Positions 17,830 through 27,074 of a stretch of DNA of 64,000 bases are shown piece by piece. Within the stretch, counting starts at the first letter, position 1, and each line of letters begins with the position of its first letter. The notes beneath the pieces were generated by a model. That model worked only from the letters and a program-made list of their open reading frames with translations, was not told where the DNA came from and searched no databases. Source of the DNA: Candidatus Heimdallarchaeum aukensis (lineage in GTDB: Archaea > Asgardarchaeota > Heimdallarchaeia > Heimdallarchaeales > Heimdallarchaeaceae); contig CP084166.1 in the NCBI GenBank assembly GCA_021513695.1, forward strand, positions 768,001 through 832,000. Direction: 5' to 3'. Position numbers and translations under genes: made by a program.

Positions 17830-19140
17830 TTAATGGTTACTTGAAATTTTGTCTTCTTTTTTTACACTTTCACCTTTTGTTTCTTCACTACTTTGTTCTT
17901 CTTCCTTTTCTTCCTTATCTCCCTTTTCTTTAAATACTAGCTGTAACATCAGTGGCGTTAGGAGAACTGTTACAAATACAAGTAGAATAACTACTGTAAA
18001 TATATTTTCATCAAATATCCCATTTTCTAGGCCTATACCAGCAATAACTAGTAAAATTTCAGCTCTAGGAGTTATTCCAGTTGCTATACGTAGTGCTGAT
18101 TTTGAGGAAAAACCTGTCATTTTTGAACCTACAAAAGCTCCTATTCCTTTTGATAGAATAGCAAAGGGTATCACTAACCATATCCCCCATGGAAAAACGT
18201 AATTAGCGCTTCCTAGTTGAGTAAGATCAATCTGGAAATTAGACCCGACAGAGAAGAAGAATAATGGGATAAACACTCCTTCACCAAATTTTGTGATTGT
18301 TCCTTTTATTTCACCTACTATTATTCTATCTTGCTGAATTGATATTCCGAGTAGAAAAGCCATAACAGCACCAGAAAAATGTAGTTCTTCCGCAAAATAA
18401 GCTAACAAAGATATTAAACCAAAAACTATACCTAGCGTGAAGTTATTAGTGCGAGAACGAGTGAAAACATTAAAACGGTATTCTATCCAATTCAAGAATT
18501 TAGGTAAAAGAACAACTACTATCAGAATGAAAGCTGCTAAAAGACCTAAATCTTTCAGAATTATTGTAGCGATATTTCCTTCTTCAGTATTGAATAAAGC
18601 ACTAGCAAGTATTAAAACAAGAATTAGTGCGATAAAATCGTCCAAAACGGCTATAGAAAGTAAAGTTTGTCCTTCTTCAGAACCAAGTTTCTTTAAGTCA
18701 GAAAGAGATCTTACGGTAACACCTATAGAAGTAGCTGTAAACAAAGTTCCAAAAAAGATTGCAAATCTTACATCTCGTTCAAGAAAAATAAAGGCTGTTA
18801 GAAATCCTCCTAATAAAGCCAAGCTAACCTCAGTAATCGATATAGTCATACTTCTTTTTCCAGTTTTTAACAATGAGTTTACGTTTATCTCCATTCCAAC
18901 AATGAATAATAGCAAAATTATACCAATTTGACTAAAGGAACGCAATGAGTTTTTATCCATAAATAAATCATTAATTTCTGATAAACCTAAAATAGAAAAT
19001 AAAGGCCCACCTAACAGAATACCTGCGAATAATTCTCCTAATATAGCAGAAAGTTTCAATCGTTCAAATATTTCTCCGAAAATCCTCGCAGCAAGAATTG
19101 CTACACCAATATATAGAAGCAAGGAAGTGGCTTCGTTCAT
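17830..19140 (-). CDS. Cation:proton antiporter (Na+/H+ exchanger, CPA family)
   Basis: About 11-12 hydrophobic helices with a GxxxG-rich CPA-like core. The acidic, K/E-rich C-terminal tail lies on the cytoplasmic side. Confidence 0.7.
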   Translation of the reverse strand: MNEATSLLLYIGVAILAARIFGEIFERLKLSAILGELFAGILLGGPLFSILGLSEINDLFMDKNSLRSFSQIGIILLLFIVGMEINVNSLLKTGKRSMTISITEVSLALLGGFLTAFIFLERDVRFAIFFGTLFTATSIGVTVRSLSDLKKLGSEEGQTLLSIAVLDDFIALILVLILASALFNTEEGNIATIILKDLGLLAAFILIVVVLLPKFLNWIEYRFNVFTRSRTNNFTLGIVFGLISLLAYFAEELHFSGAVMAFLLGISIQQDRIIVGEIKGTITKFGEGVFIPLFFFSVGSNFQIDLTQLGSANYVFPWGIWLVIPFAILSKGIGAFVGSKMTGFSSKSALRIATGITPRAEILLVIAGIGLENGIFDENIFTVVILLVFVTVLLTPLMLQLVFKEKGDKEEKEEEQSSEETKGESVKKEDKISSNH

Positions 19141-19668
19141 TTAAATATCACCTTTACAAGAGAGATCGTTGTTAGATTTTTCTTTGTATTCTAACCATTT
19201 GTCTTTGACAAAATTTAGTATATCAATAAAGAGAATTACTCCTTTTACTTCGCTTTTTCTATCCTTAGCTCTTGGAAGGACATTCGTAGAGTATTTTAAC
19301 ATTAATTCTGCCACATCCTCTAGCTTTAGATCATCATAAACAACGGGTAACTTTTTGTCTACTATTTCATCAGCAGTAGCCTTCTCGAGATAAATCTTCT
19401 GAAGGAAAGGATCACGTAAGTCTGAATGAACAGGATTGAATAGTTTGAGAAAATTTTTTGGTGTTAATAGTCCAAGAAAGTTTTCTTTTTCGTCATTAAT
19501 AATCATAACAGGACTATCATAATCAAAGAAGCAACTAAATAGCTTGTCACAGGAAATAGTTGAGGGTAACTCAGGTACCTTTTTCATAGGTATCTCTAAA
19601 ACACTTACATTTCTCATATTTGTTAAAAAATCTTCTAATGAACCAGTCATGCAGTTTTGTGTTAACAA
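19141..19668 (-). CDS. CBS-pair domain protein, a likely regulatory partner of the adjacent antiporter
   Basis: Two CBS-like units (..PVMIINDEKENFLGLLTPKNFLKLF.. and ..LPVVYDDLKLEDVAELMLKYSTNVLPRAKD..GVILFIDILNFV). Its stop directly abuts the antiporter start at 19140. Confidence 0.5.
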   Translation of the reverse strand: MLTQNCMTGSLEDFLTNMRNVSVLEIPMKKVPELPSTISCDKLFSCFFDYDSPVMIINDEKENFLGLLTPKNFLKLFNPVHSDLRDPFLQKIYLEKATADEIVDKKLPVVYDDLKLEDVAELMLKYSTNVLPRAKDRKSEVKGVILFIDILNFVKDKWLEYKEKSNNDLSCKGDI

Positions 19669-19715
19669 ACTACTAATTAAACTTTATTCTTTGTAAAAAA
19701 AAAGAAAGAAGGCTA

Positions 19716-20537
19716 TTAAAATAGAAAAGGTATTAGTGCTTTCCTATTATTTGGGTAATCAGTGAATTTTTCTTGATACCAATTGTGATGAGCTCGGGCT
19801 CTGGGTGCTAAGTTGAAAAATGTCCATAAAGCAAAAACCAATCCAGGAACTGACCAAGTTAATATTGCCCAACCTATCCATTCCATTATCTCTCCAAGAT
19901 AATTAGGAGATGAGACAAACTTGAACATTCCACCATAAGGAATCTTATACCCATCTTTTGCTCCTTTTTCTCTGAGATTGCGGAGAATATGATCTGATTG
20001 CTTGTTAATAAAAAATCCAGTAATAAACATAATAATGCCAATGATAAATTGTGGAGAATAAAACCATGTATTGGTGTACATATTTTCTGGAACAAGGTAA
20101 AAAAGCCATATTCCCTGAATATAAGTATTGAAGAGATTAAAAGTTACTCCAAAGAGCATTATCAATATAGGCATTTTTTTCCTTCCTCTTAACATCCAAG
20201 GATAAATTAGGGCCCGATGAATATAGTGAATTTCAAATATTGCAATAAAGACAATGAAAACTGGATCCTTTATTCTTTCACTTCCAAAAAAGTAAATTGC
20301 CATTAACAATGCGGACGGAAATTCCATTATAAACCAAGCTACTCTATCATCTAAAGTTGGCCCCCATCCTTTTCTTCTATGACGTCCATAGGGTGCTGTT
20401 ATGAAAAACAGTAAGATGAATATTGAAACTCCTAACCCTAAAAAAACGTACATTACAGCTTTAAAATATAAAGGGTTACCAAATACAGAAAGAATAGATT
20501 CCATAAGTGAAGATAGTAAAGACATTATTCTTTTCAA
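19716..20537 (-). CDS. 3-oxo-5-alpha-steroid 4-dehydrogenase (SRD5A) family membrane reductase
   Basis: The C-terminus DHILRNLREKGAKDGYKIPYGGMFKFVSSPNYLGEIMEWIGWAILTWSVPGLVFALWTFFNLAPRARAHHNWYQEKFTDYPNNRKALIPFLF lines up with the SRD5A1/2 C-terminal signature (..YKIPRGGLFEYVS.ANY.GEI.EW.G....HH.WY..KF..YP..RK..IPFLF). Confidence 0.75.
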   Translation of the reverse strand: MKRIMSLLSSLMESILSVFGNPLYFKAVMYVFLGLGVSIFILLFFITAPYGRHRRKGWGPTLDDRVAWFIMEFPSALLMAIYFFGSERIKDPVFIVFIAIFEIHYIHRALIYPWMLRGRKKMPILIMLFGVTFNLFNTYIQGIWLFYLVPENMYTNTWFYSPQFIIGIIMFITGFFINKQSDHILRNLREKGAKDGYKIPYGGMFKFVSSPNYLGEIMEWIGWAILTWSVPGLVFALWTFFNLAPRARAHHNWYQEKFTDYPNNRKALIPFLF

Positions 20538-20586
20538 AAAGCAGCTTTTATTTAAATTTTATTTAAAACCTAAAAAAAAGAAGAAA

Positions 20587-22074
20587 TTAGGGGAGTTTAT
20601 TCATATTTTCAGCTATACTCCGTATAACCTCCCATATTACACCTACACTTTCTATCTCCACTTTTTCATCGGGAGAGTGGGGAGAGAGAATTGTTGGTCC
20701 AATCGAAGTCACTTGTAAATTAGGATCTAAAGCTAAAAACAGACTGCATTCCAATCCTGCATGAATGGCTTCTAGCTTTACTTCTTTTTTATACACTTGT
20801 TCATACTGTTCTTTAACAAGTTTCAAGAATGGTGAATTAAGATTTGGCTCCCAACCAGGATAAGCTTTTCCTTGAGAGACATTGGCACTCACTTTTTCTC
20901 CGATTTTCTTCAGTTTTAGTCTTACTTCTTCAAGCTCATTCATTACTGAACTTCTGGTTGAAACATGAATTTCAACTTGCTTCTCACTAGTTTTTACAAC
21001 TGCAAGGTTGTTAGAAGTTTGAACTAAATCACTTATTTCTTTGCTATATGAAATAACTCCATGTTGAATCTCATCTAAAACATAGATTACATTCTTTGTT
21101 GTTTCTTCAGTAAATATTTTTTCTACATTGTCCTTTTCAAACATTTCAAACTTGAAGTTAGGTTCATATTCTTTAATTTCATGTGAATTCTTTCTAAACC
21201 ACTCTTTCAAAGCTTTCTTTGCTTCTTTCTCATTTTCCTTAGGTAATGCTATTCGAACTGAACAATCTCGGGGTATTGCATTATGTGCCGTTCCTCCTTC
21301 GATACTTACAAGATGAAAAGGCTTTACTTCGAGTTCAGTCAATTTATCTCTTAAGAAGTTTAAGGCTGAAATAGCAACTTTTATTGCATTAGCTCTTGGT
21401 AAATTAATGTCTACTCCTGAATGTCCCCCTTGAAGTCCTGATAGAACAAAACGAATCTCTACCCAATTCTCAGGGTTATCTATGCTCTCAAACTCTATTG
21501 GAATATCTATCTGTGTTCCTCCTCCCCCTGCGCTACTTATTGTTATTTTACCTAAATCCTCAGAATCAACATTCAGCAAATATTTTCCTGTGAAAAAACC
21601 TTTCTTTACATTAAAAGCTCCAGTCAATCCCGTTTCCTCGTCAACAGTAATAAGCAACTCCAGTTTTCCATGCTTTACCTCATCATCTAGAAAAAGAGCT
21701 AAACCCATAGCCAATCCTAAACCATTGTCAGCTCCTAAAGAGGTTCCTTGTGAAAAAACATACTTATCGTTAAAAGTTACAGGAATAGGGTCTTCTTCAC
21801 AATTAAAATTTGGATCATCTGCTTGACAAACCATGTCCATATGAGCCTGAATTATAAGAGTTGGGTATTTTTCACATCCTTTACTTGCTTCTTTCGTTAA
21901 AAGAAGATTTCCTGTCTCATCCTCCTTAAACTTAATATTATTCTCTTTCGCCCAACTTTTTATCCATTCTCTAATTTTTTCTTCTTTTTTTGAAGGACGG
22001 GGGACTTGTGTTATTTCATAAAAAATTCTCCACACTTGTTCAGGTTGTAATTCAGATAATTTATTTGAAGTCAT
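20587..22074 (-). CDS. pepD: Aminoacyl-histidine (Xaa-His) dipeptidase, M20 family
   Basis: QAHMDMVCQ is the metal-binding His/Asp motif. GADNGLG, ITVDEETG and the 495-aa length are typical of PepD. Confidence 0.8.
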   Translation of the reverse strand: MTSNKLSELQPEQVWRIFYEITQVPRPSKKEEKIREWIKSWAKENNIKFKEDETGNLLLTKEASKGCEKYPTLIIQAHMDMVCQADDPNFNCEEDPIPVTFNDKYVFSQGTSLGADNGLGLAMGLALFLDDEVKHGKLELLITVDEETGLTGAFNVKKGFFTGKYLLNVDSEDLGKITISSAGGGGTQIDIPIEFESIDNPENWVEIRFVLSGLQGGHSGVDINLPRANAIKVAISALNFLRDKLTELEVKPFHLVSIEGGTAHNAIPRDCSVRIALPKENEKEAKKALKEWFRKNSHEIKEYEPNFKFEMFEKDNVEKIFTEETTKNVIYVLDEIQHGVISYSKEISDLVQTSNNLAVVKTSEKQVEIHVSTRSSVMNELEEVRLKLKKIGEKVSANVSQGKAYPGWEPNLNSPFLKLVKEQYEQVYKKEVKLEAIHAGLECSLFLALDPNLQVTSIGPTILSPHSPDEKVEIESVGVIWEVIRSIAENMNKLP

Positions 22075-22166
22075 TTATGGTCTTTTAAACATTCTTTAGA
22101 TGATGATAAAAATGTTTTTGAAAAACGATATTTGTTTTTTTCAATTCTAAATAAACTAATGAATAG

Positions 22167-22841
22167 TCACTCATAGTTTTTTAGAAATTTATCAAGTACC
22201 AGCTTACTTACTATTCGATAAGAAGGATTATAGTTCGTTCTAAATATAGCTGAATGAGAAATAAGAGGAAGATCCAAACACGACTTATATCCTTTAAGCT
22301 GAATAGAAATGTCTGATAAAGTATTTTTCAGCAATCTTATTTGATTGTCTTCTGTTGTTAATATTCCCTCCTTAAAAAAGTAACAAATTTGATTCCAACT
22401 ATCAATAAATATCAATAATGTTTGAGGGGTAGCTCTTAAACTTTCTTCCATTAATTTCCATATATAAGAAGAGGATAAACCAAGTTCTTCTTTCCAAACC
22501 CTCAAATTCAGTCTTCCAAACATGGTTTTTTCATTTAATAACTCAAACAGTACTTCATCTTCTCTTTTCTTATTACAAGCATCCAGTTCTCGTTCTAAAT
22601 AGACTTTTACTCGTTCTAAATTTGAGATCTTCTTTAAGTGAATCCACCCACAACTTCCTTGGTAAATAAATTTATACAAATCTCCCCACGTTTGTTTTGG
22701 ATACTTCTTCAGATAAAATAAAAGGGAAGAAGGAATTTTTTCTTCTATTATCTCATTAAACTTAGTAATAAGATTAAACTCGTGTAATAGTTGAATATTG
22801 TTCTGTTCGTTCATTTTCCTTAGAAAGTTAATTGATGCCAA
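22167..22841 (-). CDS. Hypothetical protein
   Basis: A 224-aa ORF with no recognizable motif. It is co-oriented with PepD and the DsrE-like gene. Confidence 0.4.
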   Translation of the reverse strand: MASINFLRKMNEQNNIQLLHEFNLITKFNEIIEEKIPSSLLFYLKKYPKQTWGDLYKFIYQGSCGWIHLKKISNLERVKVYLERELDACNKKREDEVLFELLNEKTMFGRLNLRVWKEELGLSSSYIWKLMEESLRATPQTLLIFIDSWNQICYFFKEGILTTEDNQIRLLKNTLSDISIQLKGYKSCLDLPLISHSAIFRTNYNPSYRIVSKLVLDKFLKNYE

Positions 22842-23155
22842 CCTTCTTTAAGCATTTCAGTGACTAATGTGCCCACGTACTTTACATCAATTCCTAATTC
22901 TTCTAGCTTATCGCTAACACCGAAGTTGTCACTACATGCTTTGCAAGCGATTACTTCTACTCCTGCATTAAGTAAGGCTAAAACATATTCTTGAAAATTT
23001 TTATCTTCTGCAGCTATTTTTTCTGTTGGCCCCCAGAGAATTACACGAACTTCATCCATCCATTTAAGCTTTTTTGCATTAATTGCATAAGGAAAACTAG
23101 CTTCTTGATGCACTACTACATCTCCACTTGTTAGAATCAAAAATACTTTGTTCAT
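22820..23155 (-). CDS. DsrE/DsrF-like (YchN-like) family small protein
   Basis: A 111-aa protein with an N-terminal beta strand (VFLILTSGD) and a conserved Cys pair (VIACKACSDNFG), which fits the DsrE-like fold. Confidence 0.45.
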   Translation of the reverse strand: MNKVFLILTSGDVVVHQEASFPYAINAKKLKWMDEVRVILWGPTEKIAAEDKNFQEYVLALLNAGVEVIACKACSDNFGVSDKLEELGIDVKYVGTLVTEMLKEGWHQLTF

Positions 23156-23231
23156 ACAATTTTTTTTGAACCCAGTTTTTATGTTTTTTTAAAAGTAAAA
23201 AAGTAGTTAAAGCTTCTATTTTCATCTTCTC

Positions 23232-24314
23232 TTATTTATTAACAGTTTTTATTATAATCTCTGCTAGTTCTTCAGATTCTAGACCTTCAATTTTATTTTC
23301 GCTAAATTGGTAAAAACTATCTATTTTTTGTTTTAGTAATTCTTGAGAAAGTTCTGTTCCCATAAGGTTTTCTTCTAATTTCGAGAGATTAAAGGGGTTC
23401 TTGATGAAGAAATCTCCTGTTATTGCTATGTCTGCTATCGTATTTTCTTCTACTTGAATATAGAGTGATATAAGTCCTCCTTTAGTTTTTACTTCGTTAA
23501 AGAAGCATCTTACTCCAGATTTAATTTTTAGTGAGATTAAATCTTTGTGTCTTCTTTCAACATAATTTATCCATTCTTCTGTCTGGTAATATTGATTTAA
23601 CCTTTGAATCTCGTTTTTCTCTAGCTCTGTTAACGAACCAACTTCAAGAGATATTCCTAAAATGTCCTCGAATTCTTTCTTAAAATTGTAAATTAAATCT
23701 AGTTTATCTGGAGAATAACCCAAAAAGTACTTTATACTACCTATTCTTTCCTCAAGTGTTTTTGCTATCTTGTCTCTAAATTTCTCGTCTGGCACTTTAA
23801 GAATTCTAGACATCTCTTTGACAGGAAAATCTAGAATAAAGTTCCCCACTAAGATTGTTGATCTATCTATCGCACTTGCTCCATTCCCACTGATTTTTTT
23901 ATCTAAAGCTACTATATCATTTAACGGTTGGTATTTTGCGGGTATACCTAAATATCTATAAGTAGAAACAACTGGCTGCAAAAAATGTTCAAACAACTCT
24001 TTTACAGAGAAAGGGTAATCATTTTTGTTAAAAATCAATTGATAAAACAACTGGTTTTGATCTAAATAAACTGCCCCTCCTCCAGTTATTCTTCTTATCA
24101 AAGGAATATCCATTTCTGATATTGCGTTGGTATCTACAACTAAATCTATAACCTGATGTATTCCAATAGAAACATAAGGGGTATTTGGCCAAGTAAGAAT
24201 AAGAGTATTAGGAGAGTTATGTTTAGACTGGATATTAGCTAATGCGTGGTAAACTGTTTGTGTTTCAAGAGGGGGGAGATCAGGTAAAACAATTAATCTC
24301 CAATTATTTTTCAT
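23232..24314 (-). CDS. lplA: Lipoate-protein ligase A
   Basis: The BPL/LPL catalytic-domain motifs RRITGGGAVYLD and GNGASAIDRSTILVGNFILD. The 360-aa protein also carries the C-terminal LplA domain. Confidence 0.8.
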   Translation of the reverse strand: MKNNWRLIVLPDLPPLETQTVYHALANIQSKHNSPNTLILTWPNTPYVSIGIHQVIDLVVDTNAISEMDIPLIRRITGGGAVYLDQNQLFYQLIFNKNDYPFSVKELFEHFLQPVVSTYRYLGIPAKYQPLNDIVALDKKISGNGASAIDRSTILVGNFILDFPVKEMSRILKVPDEKFRDKIAKTLEERIGSIKYFLGYSPDKLDLIYNFKKEFEDILGISLEVGSLTELEKNEIQRLNQYYQTEEWINYVERRHKDLISLKIKSGVRCFFNEVKTKGGLISLYIQVEENTIADIAITGDFFIKNPFNLSKLEENLMGTELSQELLKQKIDSFYQFSENKIEGLESEELAEIIIKTVNK

Positions 24315-24326
24315 TTTAATCAGCGT

Positions 24327-25022
24327 TTAGCTTCCCTTTACAGGAGACCATGCGTCTTCGTTGGATAAGAATAAGATAGGATACTCATTGTTATCAATTA
24401 AAATTACTCTTCCAAAACTGATTTTGTAATTTCCATCTTCTCTTTCTAGATTTGCATTAAAGGTCACTGTTATTATGTACTTTAGTTGTATTCCCCTACT
24501 ATCAATTTCATCAATAATATTTCCAATAGAAGGATATTGTCCAGTAGCAAATGTTGAATAGGCGTCTGTTTCTATATCCAATTTTACAAACATGAAGGTA
24601 CTTGAACCATTTAATGTTTCATTATATTCTGTGTAAAATGTATCAGTATTATTATCCCACAAACTTATTCTCATTGTTAAGTTGAAGATGTGGACATTAT
24701 CTTTAAAACCACCATAGTTTTGAGTATTTACAGTTGCGAGGAAGTCTTCTTCTCCTATAATAAGTTCTGTAATGTTATTAATATAGCTTAATTCAGGAAG
24801 AGCACCTAATGAATCCCAATAACTCGAACTTCCATTTATTTTTGCTGTTTCGTTTAATATCATTGCACTTCTTCCATCTTGCACAGTGTCTATAATGTTT
24901 ATTTCAGAATAGAATTGCTCGGGGGTTGGAGGAACAGTACTGTAATGTATAAGTATTATCGGTAAACCTAGTAAGAGAAATCCCAAAATAATTACAAAAA
25001 AGTTGAAACTTGAGTTACTCAT
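24327..25022 (-). CDS. Secreted or membrane-anchored hypothetical protein
   Basis: N-terminal hydrophobic signal/anchor FFVIILGFLLLGLPIILI. The rest is N/T/S-rich. Confidence 0.4.
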   Translation of the reverse strand: MSNSSFNFFVIILGFLLLGLPIILIHYSTVPPTPEQFYSEINIIDTVQDGRSAMILNETAKINGSSSYWDSLGALPELSYINNITELIIGEEDFLATVNTQNYGGFKDNVHIFNLTMRISLWDNNTDTFYTEYNETLNGSSTFMFVKLDIETDAYSTFATGQYPSIGNIIDEIDSRGIQLKYIITVTFNANLEREDGNYKISFGRVILIDNNEYPILFLSNEDAWSPVKGS

Positions 25023-25103
25023 AGATAGTATTAGAATCTTATAGTTAAAAAATCTTATCTTTTTAAAAAGTAATAAAAAATTAAGAAGAGATTTATACCT
25101 TCT

Positions 25104-26375
25104 CTATTTAGTGTTCTTCTTTACCTTTGAAAAAATAAAATTAACAGTAAAAACGACCACAAATAAAGCAAGCGTACCTATAAAGTAATAGATTGCGGGA
25201 TTGTTTAAGAATGTGTAAACACCAAAATAGGAAGTTGTCCATCTATATCCATCTTTAGAGAAGAAGAAAGCTATTTCAGGTGTTTGAAGACTTGATTTTA
25301 CACTTGGCCCTTGTTCTGTTGCTACAACGACATTGTCCTTAAATGTTGTTACTTCAGGAACACGTTCATAATAATCATCATGAAGTGGAGAAGAAATGTT
25401 ATGGAATTCTAGCGTTTCTTCTTTTGTAATGTCTTCTACCCAGAAGCCCCAGAGAAACATTTCATAACGATTGACTTTATGGATAGTTGTATTGCTGATA
25501 TCCTGGGCAACAACGTAAAATCCATCATTCCATCTTGTTAATGATGGATACAACAAACCTACATCTTGAGCAACAACTTCAGTTAAGTTTGCATCTGCTA
25601 AATCTAATTGGAAAGGTGCTCCTACAGATATTCCAGAACTAAATGAACTACCATCTACGGTGGATGTAAGTTTAACTAGATTGTCTTCTGTATAAGTAAT
25701 ATACAATAAATTATTATATGAATATAAGTTAAAATCTCTTCCCAAACTTATTGAAGCAGAAGTTACTTCTGTACTATTTTTAAATGTCTGTAAATCAAAA
25801 TGAACAATGCTTGTTAATACTCGTGTATGTACGATAACTTTGACTTCATAGCTGAAAAATATAACTAATTCATTATTGAGAATAGCAGAGTCAAACCACA
25901 CAAAATCCTTATTGAAGACAGTAGAATTACCCAGTTCTACATAGTCGCTCCATGTTTTTCCATCATCATCTGAATATTTCATAAAGAAATATGTGAAATC
26001 AGTGTCATTTCTTTGTATTGCAAAAAGTACCATAGTTCGTCCATTATAATATATAGCATCACTCTTCTGAACTTTAAAGGAAGTTTTATTGATCACAAAA
26101 GTTGTCGGAGTTATCTCTATTTCTTCAGTATCATGCGTTTTAAACTCTGTAACAGTTTCATAACATGGTCTAGCATAGATTTCCGAACTAACTACTCTAT
26201 CAGCGTCATAACCAATTTTAGTATAAATTAGCAAATACTGTTCAGGAGAAGTTTCTATGAAATATGGACTCTTTTCGTGATAAAGTATTTTTGCCTTTGC
26301 TACATAAGGATTAAATGCATTAAGAAGCAAAATGAATATTGATAACAAAACGATTTTTTTCACTGCTCTTCTCAT
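25104..26375 (-). CDS. Secreted protein with a BNR/sialidase-like repeat and a C-terminal TM anchor
   Basis: The signal peptide MRRAVKKIVLLSIFILLLNAF..AKA. A BNR-like motif, SDDDGKTWSD. A C-terminal TM helix, FIGTLALFVVVFTVNFIF, followed by basic residues. Confidence 0.45.
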   Translation of the reverse strand: MRRAVKKIVLLSIFILLLNAFNPYVAKAKILYHEKSPYFIETSPEQYLLIYTKIGYDADRVVSSEIYARPCYETVTEFKTHDTEEIEITPTTFVINKTSFKVQKSDAIYYNGRTMVLFAIQRNDTDFTYFFMKYSDDDGKTWSDYVELGNSTVFNKDFVWFDSAILNNELVIFFSYEVKVIVHTRVLTSIVHFDLQTFKNSTEVTSASISLGRDFNLYSYNNLLYITYTEDNLVKLTSTVDGSSFSSGISVGAPFQLDLADANLTEVVAQDVGLLYPSLTRWNDGFYVVAQDISNTTIHKVNRYEMFLWGFWVEDITKEETLEFHNISSPLHDDYYERVPEVTTFKDNVVVATEQGPSVKSSLQTPEIAFFFSKDGYRWTTSYFGVYTFLNNPAIYYFIGTLALFVVVFTVNFIFSKVKKNTK

Positions 26376-26645
26376 TTACTAAACACCATTAAACTTACAA
26401 CCTAATTCAAATTGAAATATATATAAGTTTTGTCAAAGAATTTCATATGGTTTTATTCAAGATATAGTGTCGAGAAAGAAAAAATTCTCCATTTTTCTCA
26501 ATTATGCATTTCTTAGCTATTTTTTGTCCTTAGAATTCACTAATAGATAAACAAAATTCTTGTTTCTTCATCGAGAAAATTTAAAACGAAAATTGGGCTG
26601 ATGTGATAAGGTAAAAATTTACTCTTAACTACTATACTGAGAACT

Positions 26646-26879
26646 CTAGGATATTATGCTTATGTAAGCTTTAAACCCTAGATAGTTCAAAGAACGAACT
26701 ACTTTTTTTCTGTTAATTATTGAGGGGTTTAGTCTAACTTTCACATTTTTTGCCTGAAAATCTACGTTACTGTCCATGATTCCTTCTAAATACTTTAAAG
26801 TTATAGCAATTGTCTTCGCACAATTCTTACAGTGAATATCTGGAATGGCAATTGTCAATTCTTCTTCAAATTCTTTCAT
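26646..26879 (-). CDS. Heavy-metal-associated (HMA) domain protein, CopZ-like
   Basis: IPDIHCKNCAKTIAITL matches the HMA M/HxCxxC motif. The 77-aa length is typical. Confidence 0.5.
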   Translation of the reverse strand: MKEFEEELTIAIPDIHCKNCAKTIAITLKYLEGIMDSNVDFQAKNVKVRLNPSIINRKKVVRSLNYLGFKAYISIIS

Positions 26880-27074
26880 TTAATCATCTCAAGATAACGT
26901 ATTTTTAAACCCTTTTTAAAGTTGGGATAATACTAGATGTTGAATCAAGAATATGTAGAAAAAACTTATTTTTTGAAATATTAATAAGTTATTTGACTTA
27001 ACTCGAAAATGAAATGGACTAAATATTTAACAATTAAGAGTTATTTTTTATTTAGATAGTGGAGAGCTGTAAAA

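Noticed and set aside
17849-18931. ORFs 17849..18202 (+) and 18437..18931 (+)
   Set aside because: They are antisense to the cation:proton antiporter. The antiporter reading frame gives coherent TM helices, and these two do not.
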